A DNA stretch of 60,892 nucleotides from a virus. Taxonomy: Duplodnaviria > Heunggongvirae > Uroviricota > Caudoviricetes. The DNA is taken from IMG/VR virus record IMGVR_UViG_3300045988_133230. One strand, written 5' to 3'. How positions within the stretch are numbered: position 1 is the stretch's first letter; each line of letters starts with the position of its first letter. Below are positions 1 through 8,915 of this stretch, piece after piece. Below the pieces are notes generated by a model that saw only the letters and a list, made by a program, of their open reading frames with translations, was not told the DNA's origin and searched no databases. The position numbers were made by a program, and so were the translations under genes.

Positions 1-33
1 TAACCTATCAGGGCTGCAGCAGAAAATGGTGGG

Positions 34-333
34 GTGGACTGCCAGCCGATAGCGGCTGGTTTCAAGGGACTTTTACCACACGGTAAAAAGTCACGTCTCC
101 AGTGTGATGATGATGAAGGCATCATGATAGACGGTTGTGTGGCTCGGTTGCGAAAGTATAAACCAGAGGAATATGAGCTGATCATAGCTCACTTTGTTAT
201 TGGTATCTCATTACGCACTATTGCCAAGAAGAGAAGATGTTCAGATGGCACAATTAGGAAGGAATTGCAGACTGCCATGGGGTTTATCAGCGGTGTAATA
301 ATAACTATAAACCCCATTATGGTAGTTAATTAA
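34..333 (+). CDS. Q-type late antiterminator, C-terminal part (N-terminus unresolved)
   Basis: Translation parallels the C-terminal two-thirds of the Q protein at 43092-43475 (AAGFKGL, CxxC, CSDG motifs). In-frame TAA at 1-3 and GTG at 34, so upstream part is missing or frameshifted. Confidence 0.55.
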   Translation: MDCQPIAAGFKGLLPHGKKSRLQCDDDEGIMIDGCVARLRKYKPEEYELIIAHFVIGISLRTIAKKRRCSDGTIRKELQTAMGFISGVIITINPIMVVN

Positions 334-901
334 TGTGAATCCTATCACCAAGATAGTATAGTCCAAAAAATGTTGAAACAAGCATTTGCCATGTAAGGAA
401 TAAAAAGATAATGATATAGCACCAGTTTGCTATATCATTATTCAGTATGTTTATTAGTGGTGTGATAAAAGCGTTGAAAATCACTATGCATATGCTGAGG
501 GCAGTTAAAAATGAAAATAACATGCACAGAAATAATCTTCTGGTAAGTTTCTCTTGAGTGTCAACAATTCTACCATTTTCTTTTGTTCGTGTAATTTTAA
601 TAAAAGGAGTGCCATTAGTTCCTATCAGAGGGTAGTCAATTTGTTCTCTGTTGAAAGTGGCTATTGCTGCAAGAGCTGCTATATAAAAACCTGGCAGATT
701 TGATACAAATCCAGATATAGACTTAATAAAGCCGCCATCTTTTAGTAGGTCTGATGTAGGTATTTTAAATAAATAAAAGTAAAAAAAAGAAATCACAGCA
801 AGCCCGGCAGGTGCATAAAAATCGTATGCGCACTTACCACTAATTCCCTTAATGAAAAGGTAACCAAACGGTCTAAATAAATGTGAAAATATACTAATCA
901 T
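326..901 (-). CDS. hypothetical 191-aa integral membrane protein (about 4 predicted TM helices)
   Basis: Four hydrophobic stretches with a central charged loop; GAGG RBS 7 nt upstream of ATG, overlapping the stop of the 342-aa gene. Confidence 0.55.
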   Translation of the reverse strand: MISIFSHLFRPFGYLFIKGISGKCAYDFYAPAGLAVISFFYFYLFKIPTSDLLKDGGFIKSISGFVSNLPGFYIAALAAIATFNREQIDYPLIGTNGTPFIKITRTKENGRIVDTQEKLTRRLFLCMLFSFLTALSICIVIFNAFITPLINILNNDIANWCYIIIFLFLTWQMLVSTFFGLYYLGDRIHIN

Positions 902-908
902 ATTAGCC

Positions 909-1937
909 TCACATGACCTCGATAATCTTATTCACAAACTCCATGTTAATACTATCATAAGAATCCTTTAAGCGCGAAGAAAAACCATTTATTACACTCT
1001 TTTTGATAAATGTTTTTTCCAGCCCATCCAGCCTTACATTTGAAGTTTGAAGGTCAACTTGTCTTGTGAATCCTGTCTCTGGCTCTTTGAATTTTATTTT
1101 TATTAAGTCATAACCTCCATTTTTATCTTCTTTAAAGAAGTTTGAGACAGATTTTATCCATCCAAGGACATTGTTGGGGCCATGGTTTGGTACTAAGCGT
1201 AAAGTACTTTCTTTAGGAATAATAGCCGCGTTAACATCTGGCGCATTAATAGTTCTGTATTCATTCTTTACCAAAACGACATCAGAAAGTCCTTCTTTAT
1301 TTATTTTATTGAACAAATCTTCATCTAACTTTCCAGATATATCAAAGACTGGCTTGTATAATACTTTTATTTTTTTCTTTGTTAAACTTGATACTTCATT
1401 TGTTAAAGTGTTACATGAAAAGATATCTTCATTATCTTTGGCTACGTTAAAGAGAACTTTATTCAGGAAACCATTTATTTTTGCTGTGGAAACTCCTGGT
1501 ATTGGCATAAAACTCATGTCATACGTTCGCATATTTCCGTCTAGAGAAATAATCATATGAGAAGAAACTTCGTAACCTTCACCTTCCTCATGTTTTGGTG
1601 ATATTTCGGTGCGAACATCTGTATTAATGTTTTTTAATACAGTAGTGCTTCCATTTTTATCTACAGCATTAATTAAAAGACCAAGATGGCTGGGTTTTTT
1701 ATCGGCTCTGTTTGATAAGAATATTACATCTTGTAAAGTTAAAACTAAGTCTCCTTTTTCATAACTGTGCATCATTGCTTTACAATGTACTATTTTAGAA
1801 GCAAGTTCACGCATTGTTGGTACTGGGCAAACACAGTTCGATCTGATGCTATCATCAATTTTCTGTGTACGGTATTGTGTATCGATCGTAATAGTATGAT
1901 GAGTTATTACTCTACTGAATGCGTCCAGTGTAGCCAT
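909..1937 (-). CDS. hypothetical 342-aa soluble protein, first gene of cargo operon
   Basis: Long ORF in a visibly AT-rich block between Q and the late leader; no catalytic motif recognised; stop overlaps RBS of downstream gene. Confidence 0.6.
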   Translation of the reverse strand: MATLDAFSRVITHHTITIDTQYRTQKIDDSIRSNCVCPVPTMRELASKIVHCKAMMHSYEKGDLVLTLQDVIFLSNRADKKPSHLGLLINAVDKNGSTTVLKNINTDVRTEISPKHEEGEGYEVSSHMIISLDGNMRTYDMSFMPIPGVSTAKINGFLNKVLFNVAKDNEDIFSCNTLTNEVSSLTKKKIKVLYKPVFDISGKLDEDLFNKINKEGLSDVVLVKNEYRTINAPDVNAAIIPKESTLRLVPNHGPNNVLGWIKSVSNFFKEDKNGGYDLIKIKFKEPETGFTRQVDLQTSNVRLDGLEKTFIKKSVINGFSSRLKDSYDSINMEFVNKIIEVM

Positions 1938-1995
1938 TTCAAAATATCCGCTTCTTTGCTGTTTTTATATGGAGAAAGTTTACATAACCACTAAC

Positions 1996-2076
1996 GCGTA
2001 CGCAAAAACTATTGTATCGTGTTAAGAGTGGTTACTTCGCCACACAGCTTAAACCCGCCGTCGAGCGGGTTTTGTC
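1996..2076 (+). promoter_or_regulatory. late-operon leader (pR'/qut-like) with hairpin terminator 2051-2076
   Basis: About 80 bp near-identical to 45118-45196 upstream of the second lysis cassette; GC hairpin aaacccgc/gcgggttt followed by T-rich tract. Confidence 0.6.
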
Positions 2077-2224
2077 GTCTCTGGGGCTGGGGATTCGTTG
2101 GTCCTGGCCTATTCCGCAGTTATCCATTGGCTCGGCTTCTTTGACGTTTCCGCTTCTGATTTGCGGTACATGATGTTCCCTCAATTTGCACCTGCTGTAT
2201 CAGCGAGGTGAGAGATAACTACAA

Positions 2225-2551
2225 ATGCCTCATAACCCAAATACCTGGCTGGAGTTGGTCCAGAGCTGGTGGCGTGGAGACACACCACTGGGCGCAGTGA
2301 TTATGTCGATTGTTATGGCTGGATTGCGTATTGCCTATTTTGGCGGTGGTGGTGGGTGGAAGCGAAAAACGCTCGAGATTTTGCTCTGTGGTGCTCTGAC
2401 GCTGACTTTTGCATCCGCTCTTGAGTATGTCGGATGGCCTAAATCTCTTTCTGTTGCCATTGGTGGCGGTGTTGGGCTGATTGGTGTCGATGCAATTCGT
2501 GGGGCTGCAATGCGAGTAATCGGTAACAAATTTGGTAGCTCGAAGGAGTAA
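2225..2551 (+). CDS. S: holin, lambda S-like
   Basis: 108 aa, hydrophobic helices and charged C-terminus, directly upstream of endolysin. Confidence 0.8.
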   Translation: MPHNPNTWLELVQSWWRGDTPLGAVIMSIVMAGLRIAYFGGGGGWKRKTLEILLCGALTLTFASALEYVGWPKSLSVAIGGGVGLIGVDAIRGAAMRVIGNKFGSSKE

Positions 2552-2554
2552 TTT

Positions 2555-3031
2555 ATGCAGGCACTAAATTCCCAGCGTAAAGCTTTCCTCGATATGGTGG
2601 CATGGTCAGAAGGAACGGATAACGGACGGCAGAAAACCAGAAATCATGGTTATGACGTCATTGTAGGCGGAGAGCTATTTACTGATTACTCCGATCACCC
2701 TCGCAAACTTGTCACGCTAAACCCCAAACTCAAATCAACAGCCGCCGGACGTTATCAGCTTCTTTCACGCTGGTGGGATGCTTACCGTAAACAGCTTGGT
2801 TTGAAAAACTTCTCCCCCAAAAGCCAGGACGCAGTGGCATTGCAGCAGATTAAAGAGCGTGGCGCTTTACCGATGATTGATCGCGGTGATATCCGTCAGG
2901 CTATTGATCGTTGCAGCAATATCTGGGCGTCGTTACCTGGTGCAGGTTACGGTCAGTATGAACATAAAATCGGTGACCTGATTTCCCGGTTTAAAGAGGC
3001 TGGTGGGGTGGTAAATGAAGTTGAGCTATAA
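2555..3031 (+). CDS. R: endolysin, lambda R-like lytic transglycosylase
   Basis: 158 aa; N-terminal MxALNSQRKAFLDMxAWSEGTDNGRQKT matches lambda R from memory. Confidence 0.85.
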   Translation: MQALNSQRKAFLDMVAWSEGTDNGRQKTRNHGYDVIVGGELFTDYSDHPRKLVTLNPKLKSTAAGRYQLLSRWWDAYRKQLGLKNFSPKSQDAVALQQIKERGALPMIDRGDIRQAIDRCSNIWASLPGAGYGQYEHKIGDLISRFKEAGGVVNEVEL

Positions 3032-3449
3032 GCTGGTTATCTCTGCTTTCTTCGTTACTGTCATTGGTTCTTTCATCTGGTCAGCCAACCACTACTACAG
3101 CAAATATCAGTACGAAAAGAAACGTGCTGATGAAGCTGTACAAAATGCCAAATTGGCAACTGCCATTACCAATAACGTCCTGCAATCACTGCAAATTGTC
3201 AATACAGTACTGGAGGCTAACCAGCATGCAAAACAGCAGATCGCACTGGAGTCACAGAGAACCCAGGAAGATATCAAAATGGCTGTTGCGGATGATGATT
3301 GTGCTTCACGTCCTGTGCCTGCTGCCGCTGCTGACCGGTTGCGGAAGTACGCGGACAGTTTACGTAACAGTACCTCCAATTCCGCTTCCAGCTACTCTGA
3401 CTTTGGAAACACCAGTACCGCACATACCCGATACTCTGACCTATGGTGA
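3015..3449 (+). CDS. Rz: i-spanin Rz
   Basis: N-terminal TM then coiled-coil-like sequence; overlaps endolysin stop; contains embedded lipoprotein ORF. Confidence 0.75.
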   Translation: MKLSYKLVISAFFVTVIGSFIWSANHYYSKYQYEKKRADEAVQNAKLATAITNNVLQSLQIVNTVLEANQHAKQQIALESQRTQEDIKMAVADDDCASRPVPAAAADRLRKYADSLRNSTSNSASSYSDFGNTSTAHTRYSDLW

Positions 3450-3540
3450 CAGTCTGGAGTTGAATGTGAGTCTGATGTCAGCGTTGGAACAGTGTAATCT
3501 TGATAAAGCGACAATAAAAAATATCGACGCTAACAAGTAA
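3292..3540 (+). CDS. Rz1: o-spanin Rz1 lipoprotein (overlapping Rz in +1 frame)
   Basis: MMIVLHVLCLLPLLTGC lipobox followed by proline-rich sequence; start assigned by me at 3292. Confidence 0.55.
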   Translation: MMIVLHVLCLLPLLTGCGSTRTVYVTVPPIPLPATLTLETPVPHIPDTLTYGDSLELNVSLMSALEQCNLDKATIKNIDANK

Positions 3541-3602
3541 AAGGGCATGTAATTTCATAGAGATGATTCCATGTTAATATTGCTCTTTTAACTGGAGGTA
3601 TT

Positions 3603-4091
3603 ATGATTGATTGGAATATGTGGTCTGCTATTGGGGCTTGTGGTTCGGCTATCGCGTCTTTGGGGGCGTTGTGTTATGCACGCAAGGCGTTAAACACATG
3701 GAATAGACAAGAGCAATTTAAAGTAAAGTTAGAGTTTAAAAGAGCTTTACTTGAGCTGGAGGATGCCTTTGAGGCAATGCCCGATAATTGGGATTCCACA
3801 CAATATAGAATAGCTAAAACAAGAGTTAAACAGCAGTATAATGCTGTTGTTCACCGAGTTGATGATGAAGCACAACTATATTTCATGAAAGAAAACCTTG
3901 AATCAGCATACCAGAATGCAGTGAGAGCATGGGTTTTATGTGAAGGGGGGATTAAAGATAAAAGTATACATGATGAATGGAGACAACTCAGGACTGATTA
4001 TAGTCAATATATTCTGACTGGTGGAAATAAAAAGTGCTACTTATCAAAAATAGAAAAAATATATTCTAGAATTGTAGTGTTCATAGATTGA
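3603..4091 (+). CDS. hypothetical 162-aa protein with N-terminal membrane anchor
   Basis: AT-rich ORF between lysis and packaging genes; one N-terminal hydrophobic helix then helical soluble region. Confidence 0.5.
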   Translation: MIDWNMWSAIGACGSAIASLGALCYARKALNTWNRQEQFKVKLEFKRALLELEDAFEAMPDNWDSTQYRIAKTRVKQQYNAVVHRVDDEAQLYFMKENLESAYQNAVRAWVLCEGGIKDKSIHDEWRQLRTDYSQYILTGGNKKCYLSKIEKIYSRIVVFID

Positions 4092-4137
4092 TTTTTATAT
4101 GAGAGAGACAAGTACTCTCTCATTATGGATATTTTAC

Positions 4138-4488
4138 ATGCCACCACGAACCCCAAAAGCCTGCCGCGTTCGCGGCTGCCGCGATACCACTACTGATCCG
4201 TCAGGCTATTGCGAAAGCCACAAAAGCGAGGGCTGGAAGCAATACAAGCCAGGACAATCCCGTCATCAGCGCGGTTATGGTTCTAAGTGGGATGTTATTC
4301 GCGTGCGTGTGCTGCAACGTGACAAAGGCCTGTGTCAGTTATGTCTGCGTGCTGGTGTGGTACGTGAGGCGAAAACCGTTGACCACATCATTCCTAAAGC
4401 GCATGGCGGCACAGATGCCGACAGCAATCTGCAGAGTCTGTGCTGGCCGTGCCACAAGGCGAAGACGGCCCGTGAACGGCTAAAGTGA
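4138..4488 (+). CDS. HNH endonuclease (packaging-associated)
   Basis: CxxC...DHIIPKAHGG...N...CWPCH HNH motif; immediately upstream of terminase small subunit. Start taken at ATG 4138 (ORF track 4099). Confidence 0.75.
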   Translation: MPPRTPKACRVRGCRDTTTDPSGYCESHKSEGWKQYKPGQSRHQRGYGSKWDVIRVRVLQRDKGLCQLCLRAGVVREAKTVDHIIPKAHGGTDADSNLQSLCWPCHKAKTARERLK

Positions 4489-4613
4489 TAATAATTCTCA
4501 ACTGTCTGAGGGGAGGGGCGGGTCAAATCTCTGCGGCCTGACGTCTTCCGGACTGCCCGCCCCATCGTTTTTTTATACCCGCGAAAAATGAAATTTAACC
4601 AGGAGTGCCGCAT

Positions 4614-5108
4614 ATGGCTGGAACGGCGGGGCGTTCCGGGCGTCGCCCCAAGCCAACGGCGCGCAAGGCGCTGGCCGGAAACCCCGGCAAGCGAGCCCTG
4701 AATAAAGATGAACCTGTTTTTACGCCCATCAAAGGTGTTGAGCCACCGGAGTGGTTCGCTGAAGAAGATCTCCCTCTCGCCACGATCATGTGGCAACTGA
4801 CAACCAAAGAACTCTGCGGTCAGGGCCTGCTGTGCGTGACTGACCTCGCGGTGCTTGAGCGGTGGTGCGTGGCCTACGAGTTCTGGCGACGTGCCGTGAA
4901 AAATATTGCCATACAGGGCAACACCATCACCGGTGCAATGGGCGGCAGGGTCAAAAATCCGGAGCTGACCGCCAAAAAAGAACAGGAGTCCGAGATGAGC
5001 AGCACGGGGGCAATGCTCGGACTCGACCCCAGCAGCCGCCAGCGTCTGATTGGCCTGGCGGGGCAGAAGAAAGCCACTAACCCGTTTCTGAAAATCATCG
5101 AGTCATGA
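4614..5108 (+). CDS. terminase small subunit (P27-family like)
   Basis: Basic N-terminus [14 protein letters not shown]; AGGAG RBS 9 nt upstream of ATG 4614; overlaps large subunit start. Confidence 0.7.
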   Translation: MAGTAGRSGRRPKPTARKALAGNPGKRALNKDEPVFTPIKGVEPPEWFAEEDLPLATIMWQLTTKELCGQGLLCVTDLAVLERWCVAYEFWRRAVKNIAIQGNTITGAMGGRVKNPELTAKKEQESEMSSTGAMLGLDPSSRQRLIGLAGQKKATNPFLKIIES

Positions 5109-6838
5109 GCCGGAAATCTTACCCCAACGTAAATGCTGCCAATCAGTATGCCCGTGATGTTGTGCGCGGAAAGATTGTGGCCTGCCAGTTTGTGATTCAG
5201 GCCTGCCAGCGCCATCTTGATGACCTGATGGCGGAAAAAAGTAAGTCGTTTCGTTACCGCTTCGACAAGGACCTGGCTGAACGGGCCGCCAAATTTATTC
5301 AGCTGTTGCCGCACACCAAGGGTGAGTGGGCATTCAAGAGGATGCCCATCACGCTGGAGCCGTGGCAGCTATTTGTGGTCTGCTGTGCGTTTGGCTGGGT
5401 CAATAAAGGGTCCCGGCTGCGCCGCTTCCGGGAGGTGTATACCGAAATCCCCCGTAAGAACGGCAAATCGGCAATCTCTGCCGGTGTTGCCCTGTATTGT
5501 TTTGCCTGTGATAACGAGTTTGGCGCGGAAGTGTATTCCGGTGCCACGACAGAGAAACAGGCGTGGGAAGTCTTTCGCCCGGCGCGACTGATGTGTAAAC
5601 GCACACCCATGCTGACGGAAGCGTTCGGGATTGAGGTTAACGCCTCAAACATGAATCGTCCGGAGGATGGCGCGCGGTTTGAACCGCTGATCGGTAACCC
5701 CGGTGATGGTTCATCACCCCACTGTGCGGTGGTGGATGAATATCACGAGCACGCCACCGATGCGCTTTACACCACGATGCTTACCGGGATGGGGGCGCGA
5801 CGTCAGCCACTGATGTGGGCCATTACTACTGCCGGGTACAACATTGAGGGGCCGTGCTACGACAAGCGACGGGAAGTTATCGAGATGCTCAACGGGTCGG
5901 TACCCAACGATGAACTGTTCGGGATCATCTATACCGTTGACGAAGGCGATGACTGGACCGACCCGCAGGTGCTGGAAAAAGCTAACCCGAATATTGGCGT
6001 GTCGGTTTATCGCGAATTTTTGTTAAGTCAGCAGCAGCGTGCGAAAAATAACGCCCGTCTGGCAAACGTCTTTAAAACAAAACACCTCAATATCTGGGTG
6101 TCGGCGCGTTCGGCGTATTTCAACCTGGTGAGCTGGCAGAGCTGCGAGGATAAATCACTGACTCTTGAGCAGTTCGAGGGGCAGCCGTGCATTCTGGCCT
6201 TTGACCTGGCGCGTAAGCTGGATATGAACAGCATGGCGCGACTTTATACCCGCGAGATTGACGGTAAAACGCATTACTACAGTGTGGCCCCGCGTTTCTG
6301 GGTACCGTATGACACGGTGTACAGCGTCGAGAAAAATGAAGATCGCCGGACAGCCGAACGCTTTCAGAAATGGGTGGAAATGGGCGTTCTGACCGTTACC
6401 GATGGTGCGGAGGTGGATTATCGCTACATCCTCGAGGAGGCCAAAGCGGCGAACAAAATCAGTCCGGTCAGTGAGTCACCCATCGACCCCTTCGGGGCGA
6501 CCGGGTTGTCACATGACCTTGCTGATGAAGACCTGAACCCCATCACTATCATTCAGAACTACACCAACATGTCCGACCCGATGAAAGAGCTGGAAGCGGC
6601 AATTGAATCGGGGCGCTTTCATCATGATGGCAATCCCATCATGACCTGGTGTATTGGCAACGTGGTCGGCAAAACCATTCCGGGTAACGATGATGTGGTG
6701 AAGCCCGTCAAAGAGCAGGCGGAAAACAAAATCGATGGTGCAGTTGCGCTGATTATGGCGGTTGGCAGAGCCATGCTGTACGAGAAAGAAGACACGCTGT
6801 CTGACCACATTGAGTCCTATGGGATCCGCTCGCTTTAA
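5105..6838 (+). CDS. terminase large subunit
   Basis: 577 aa; ATPase and nuclease regions typical of HK97-type large terminases; position between small subunit and portal. Confidence 0.85.
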   Translation: MSRKSYPNVNAANQYARDVVRGKIVACQFVIQACQRHLDDLMAEKSKSFRYRFDKDLAERAAKFIQLLPHTKGEWAFKRMPITLEPWQLFVVCCAFGWVNKGSRLRRFREVYTEIPRKNGKSAISAGVALYCFACDNEFGAEVYSGATTEKQAWEVFRPARLMCKRTPMLTEAFGIEVNASNMNRPEDGARFEPLIGNPGDGSSPHCAVVDEYHEHATDALYTTMLTGMGARRQPLMWAITTAGYNIEGPCYDKRREVIEMLNGSVPNDELFGIIYTVDEGDDWTDPQVLEKANPNIGVSVYREFLLSQQQRAKNNARLANVFKTKHLNIWVSARSAYFNLVSWQSCEDKSLTLEQFEGQPCILAFDLARKLDMNSMARLYTREIDGKTHYYSVAPRFWVPYDTVYSVEKNEDRRTAERFQKWVEMGVLTVTDGAEVDYRYILEEAKAANKISPVSESPIDPFGATGLSHDLADEDLNPITIIQNYTNMSDPMKELEAAIESGRFHHDGNPIMTWCIGNVVGKTIPGNDDVVKPVKEQAENKIDGAVALIMAVGRAMLYEKEDTLSDHIESYGIRSL

Positions 6839-6849
6839 CTGAGGTAATT

Positions 6850-7032
6850 ATGATCATGCTGATTCTCGCGCCTCTGGTGGGCGTGCTGGGGGCGCTTTTG
6901 CTGGCGTATGGTGCCTGGCTGATTTATCCCCCGGCGGGGTTTGTTGTTGCCGGGGCGTTGTGCCTGTTCTGGTCGTGGCTGGTGGCGCGATATCTCGACC
7001 GTACACAGCCGTCTGTCGGCGGAGGTAAATAG
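6850..7032 (+). CDS. small hydrophobic protein
   Basis: 60-aa ORF with two hydrophobic segments between terminase and portal. Confidence 0.35.
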   Translation: MIMLILAPLVGVLGALLLAYGAWLIYPPAGFVVAGALCLFWSWLVARYLDRTQPSVGGGK

Positions 7033-8273
7033 TGTTCTTTTCGGGATTATTTCAACGAAAAAGTGACGCACCGGTGACCACGCCAGCAGAGCTGGCGGAT
7101 GCCATCGGGTTGTCCTACGACACCTATACCGGAAAGCAGATCAGCAGTCAGCGGGCCATGCGACTGACGGCGGTTTTTTCCTGCATCAGAGTGCTGGCAG
7201 AGTCGGTCGGGATGTTGCCCTGCAATCTGTATCACCTGAATGGCAGCCTGAAGCAGAGAGCCACCGGCGAACGTCTGCATAAGCTGATCTCCACGCATCC
7301 CAATGGCTATATGACGCCGCAGGAGTTCTGGGAGCTGGTGGTCACCTGTCTGTGCCTGAGGGGAAACTTTTACGCCTACAAAGTGAAAGCATTTGGCGAA
7401 GTGGCTGAACTGCTGCCCGTCGATCCTGGCTGTGTGGTACCGAAGCTTAACAGTAGCTGGGAGCCGGTCTATCAGGTCACATTCCCGGACGGCTCCACGG
7501 ATGTGCTGAGCCAGGAGGATATCTGGCATGTGCGCACGCTGACGCTGGACGGACTGGTGGGGCTGAATCCCATCGCCTATGCCCGCGAGGCAATATCGCT
7601 GGCGGCAGCGACTGAAGAGCACGGGGCCAGACTGTTCAGCAATGGTGCGGTGACGTCGGGTGTGTTGCGTACAGAGCAGACGCTGTCAGATCAGGCTTAT
7701 GAGCGCCTGAAGAAAGATTTTGAGGAGCGTCACACCGGGCTTGGCAATGCTCACCGCCCGATGATCCTTGAGATGGGGCTGGACTGGAAGTCGATGGCGC
7801 TGAACGCCGAGGACAGCCAGTTCCTGGAAACCCGCAAGTTTCAGCTTGAAGAAATCTGTCGTCTGTTCCGGGTACCGTTGCACATGGTGCAGAACACCGA
7901 TCGCGCCACCTTCAACAATATCGAAGAACTGGGGCTCGGATTTATCAACTATTCACTGGTGCCGTATCTGACCCGCATCGAACAGCGGATCAACACCGGA
8001 CTGGTACGAAAAAGTAAGCAGGGCGTTTATTACGCCAAATTTAACGCCGGGGCGTTACTGCGCGGGGATATGAAGTCCCGTTTTGAAGCCTACGCCACCG
8101 GGATCAACTGGGGAATTTACTCTCCCAATGACTGCCGCGACCTGGAAGATATGAATCCGCGTCCCGGTGGTGATGTCTATCTCACACCGATGAACATGAC
8201 CACGAAACCCTCCGATGGCAGTAAAGCCGGTAAGCAGAAGGATAACGCCAATGCAGACGAAACAACGTCTTGA
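7032..8273 (+). CDS. portal protein (HK97 family)
   Basis: 413 aa; gene order terminase-portal-protease-capsid; GTG start after GGAGG. Confidence 0.8.
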   Translation: MFFSGLFQRKSDAPVTTPAELADAIGLSYDTYTGKQISSQRAMRLTAVFSCIRVLAESVGMLPCNLYHLNGSLKQRATGERLHKLISTHPNGYMTPQEFWELVVTCLCLRGNFYAYKVKAFGEVAELLPVDPGCVVPKLNSSWEPVYQVTFPDGSTDVLSQEDIWHVRTLTLDGLVGLNPIAYAREAISLAAATEEHGARLFSNGAVTSGVLRTEQTLSDQAYERLKKDFEERHTGLGNAHRPMILEMGLDWKSMALNAEDSQFLETRKFQLEEICRLFRVPLHMVQNTDRATFNNIEELGLGFINYSLVPYLTRIEQRINTGLVRKSKQGVYYAKFNAGALLRGDMKSRFEAYATGINWGIYSPNDCRDLEDMNPRPGGDVYLTPMNMTTKPSDGSKAGKQKDNANADETTS

Positions 8274-8901
8274 TGTACCGCTGAGTCTGAAATCTGTCAG
8301 TGACTCCGGTGAGTTTGAAGGGTATGGCTCCGTCTTTGGTGTAAAGGACAGCCACGATGATGTGGTGATGTCCGGGGCATTTGCTGCTTCCCTGCGGGCG
8401 TGGAGTGACAGAAAAGCGTTACCTGCGCTGCTCTGGCAGCACCGCATGGATGAACCCATCGGTGTTTACACCGAAATGAAGGAAGACGATGTCGGGCTTT
8501 ACGTCAGGGGACGGTTGCTTATTGATGATGATCCCCTCGCAAAACGCGCACATGCACACATGAAGGCCGGTTCGTTAACCGGCCTTTCTATTGGGTACGT
8601 CCTGAAAGACTGGGAATACGACCGGAGCAAAGAAGCCTTTCTGTTGAAAGAAATCGACCTCTGGGAAGTCAGCCTAGTGACGTTCCCGTCTAACGACGAG
8701 GCGCGGATCAGCGACGTCAAGAACGCACTGGCCCGCGGGGAAATCCCCGAACAGAAAAAAATCGAAAGAGTCCTGCGTGATGTCGGACTCTCCCGTACCC
8801 AGGCCAAAGCATTCATGGCCGGGGGCTATGGCGCACTGTCCCTGCGCGACGCTGAGGATGTGGGCTCTGCACTGAATGCACTGAAAAATCTGAACTTCTA
8901 A
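8251..8901 (+). CDS. prohead protease (HK97 family)
   Basis: Follows portal, precedes capsid; alternative upstream ATG at 8215. Confidence 0.7.
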   Translation: MQTKQRLDVPLSLKSVSDSGEFEGYGSVFGVKDSHDDVVMSGAFAASLRAWSDRKALPALLWQHRMDEPIGVYTEMKEDDVGLYVRGRLLIDDDPLAKRAHAHMKAGSLTGLSIGYVLKDWEYDRSKEAFLLKEIDLWEVSLVTFPSNDEARISDVKNALARGEIPEQKKIERVLRDVGLSRTQAKAFMAGGYGALSLRDAEDVGSALNALKNLNF

Positions 8902-8915
8902 TCAGGAGAAATACG

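Noticed and set aside
1171-1560. Plus-strand 129-aa ORF inside the 342-aa minus-strand cargo gene, and many similar antisense or out-of-frame ORFs in the track (e.g. 2335-2529, 3107-3379, 4335-4796, 5299-5652, 7047-7622, 48073-48840, 58410-58988)
   Set aside because: They lie entirely within longer ORFs that have clear homology or better coding character, lack RBS context, and have skewed composition typical of shadow frames.
326-1937. Shiga toxin or other classical virulence moron between Q and lysis genes
   Set aside because: Neither ORF resembles Stx A/B subunits (no signal peptides, sizes wrong); the slot instead holds the uncharacterised sensor plus membrane pair.
909-1937. Reverse transcriptase (retron) identity for the 342-aa protein, given the downstream TM effector
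   Set aside because: No YxDD or other reverse transcriptase motifs in the translation and no obvious structured ncRNA upstream.
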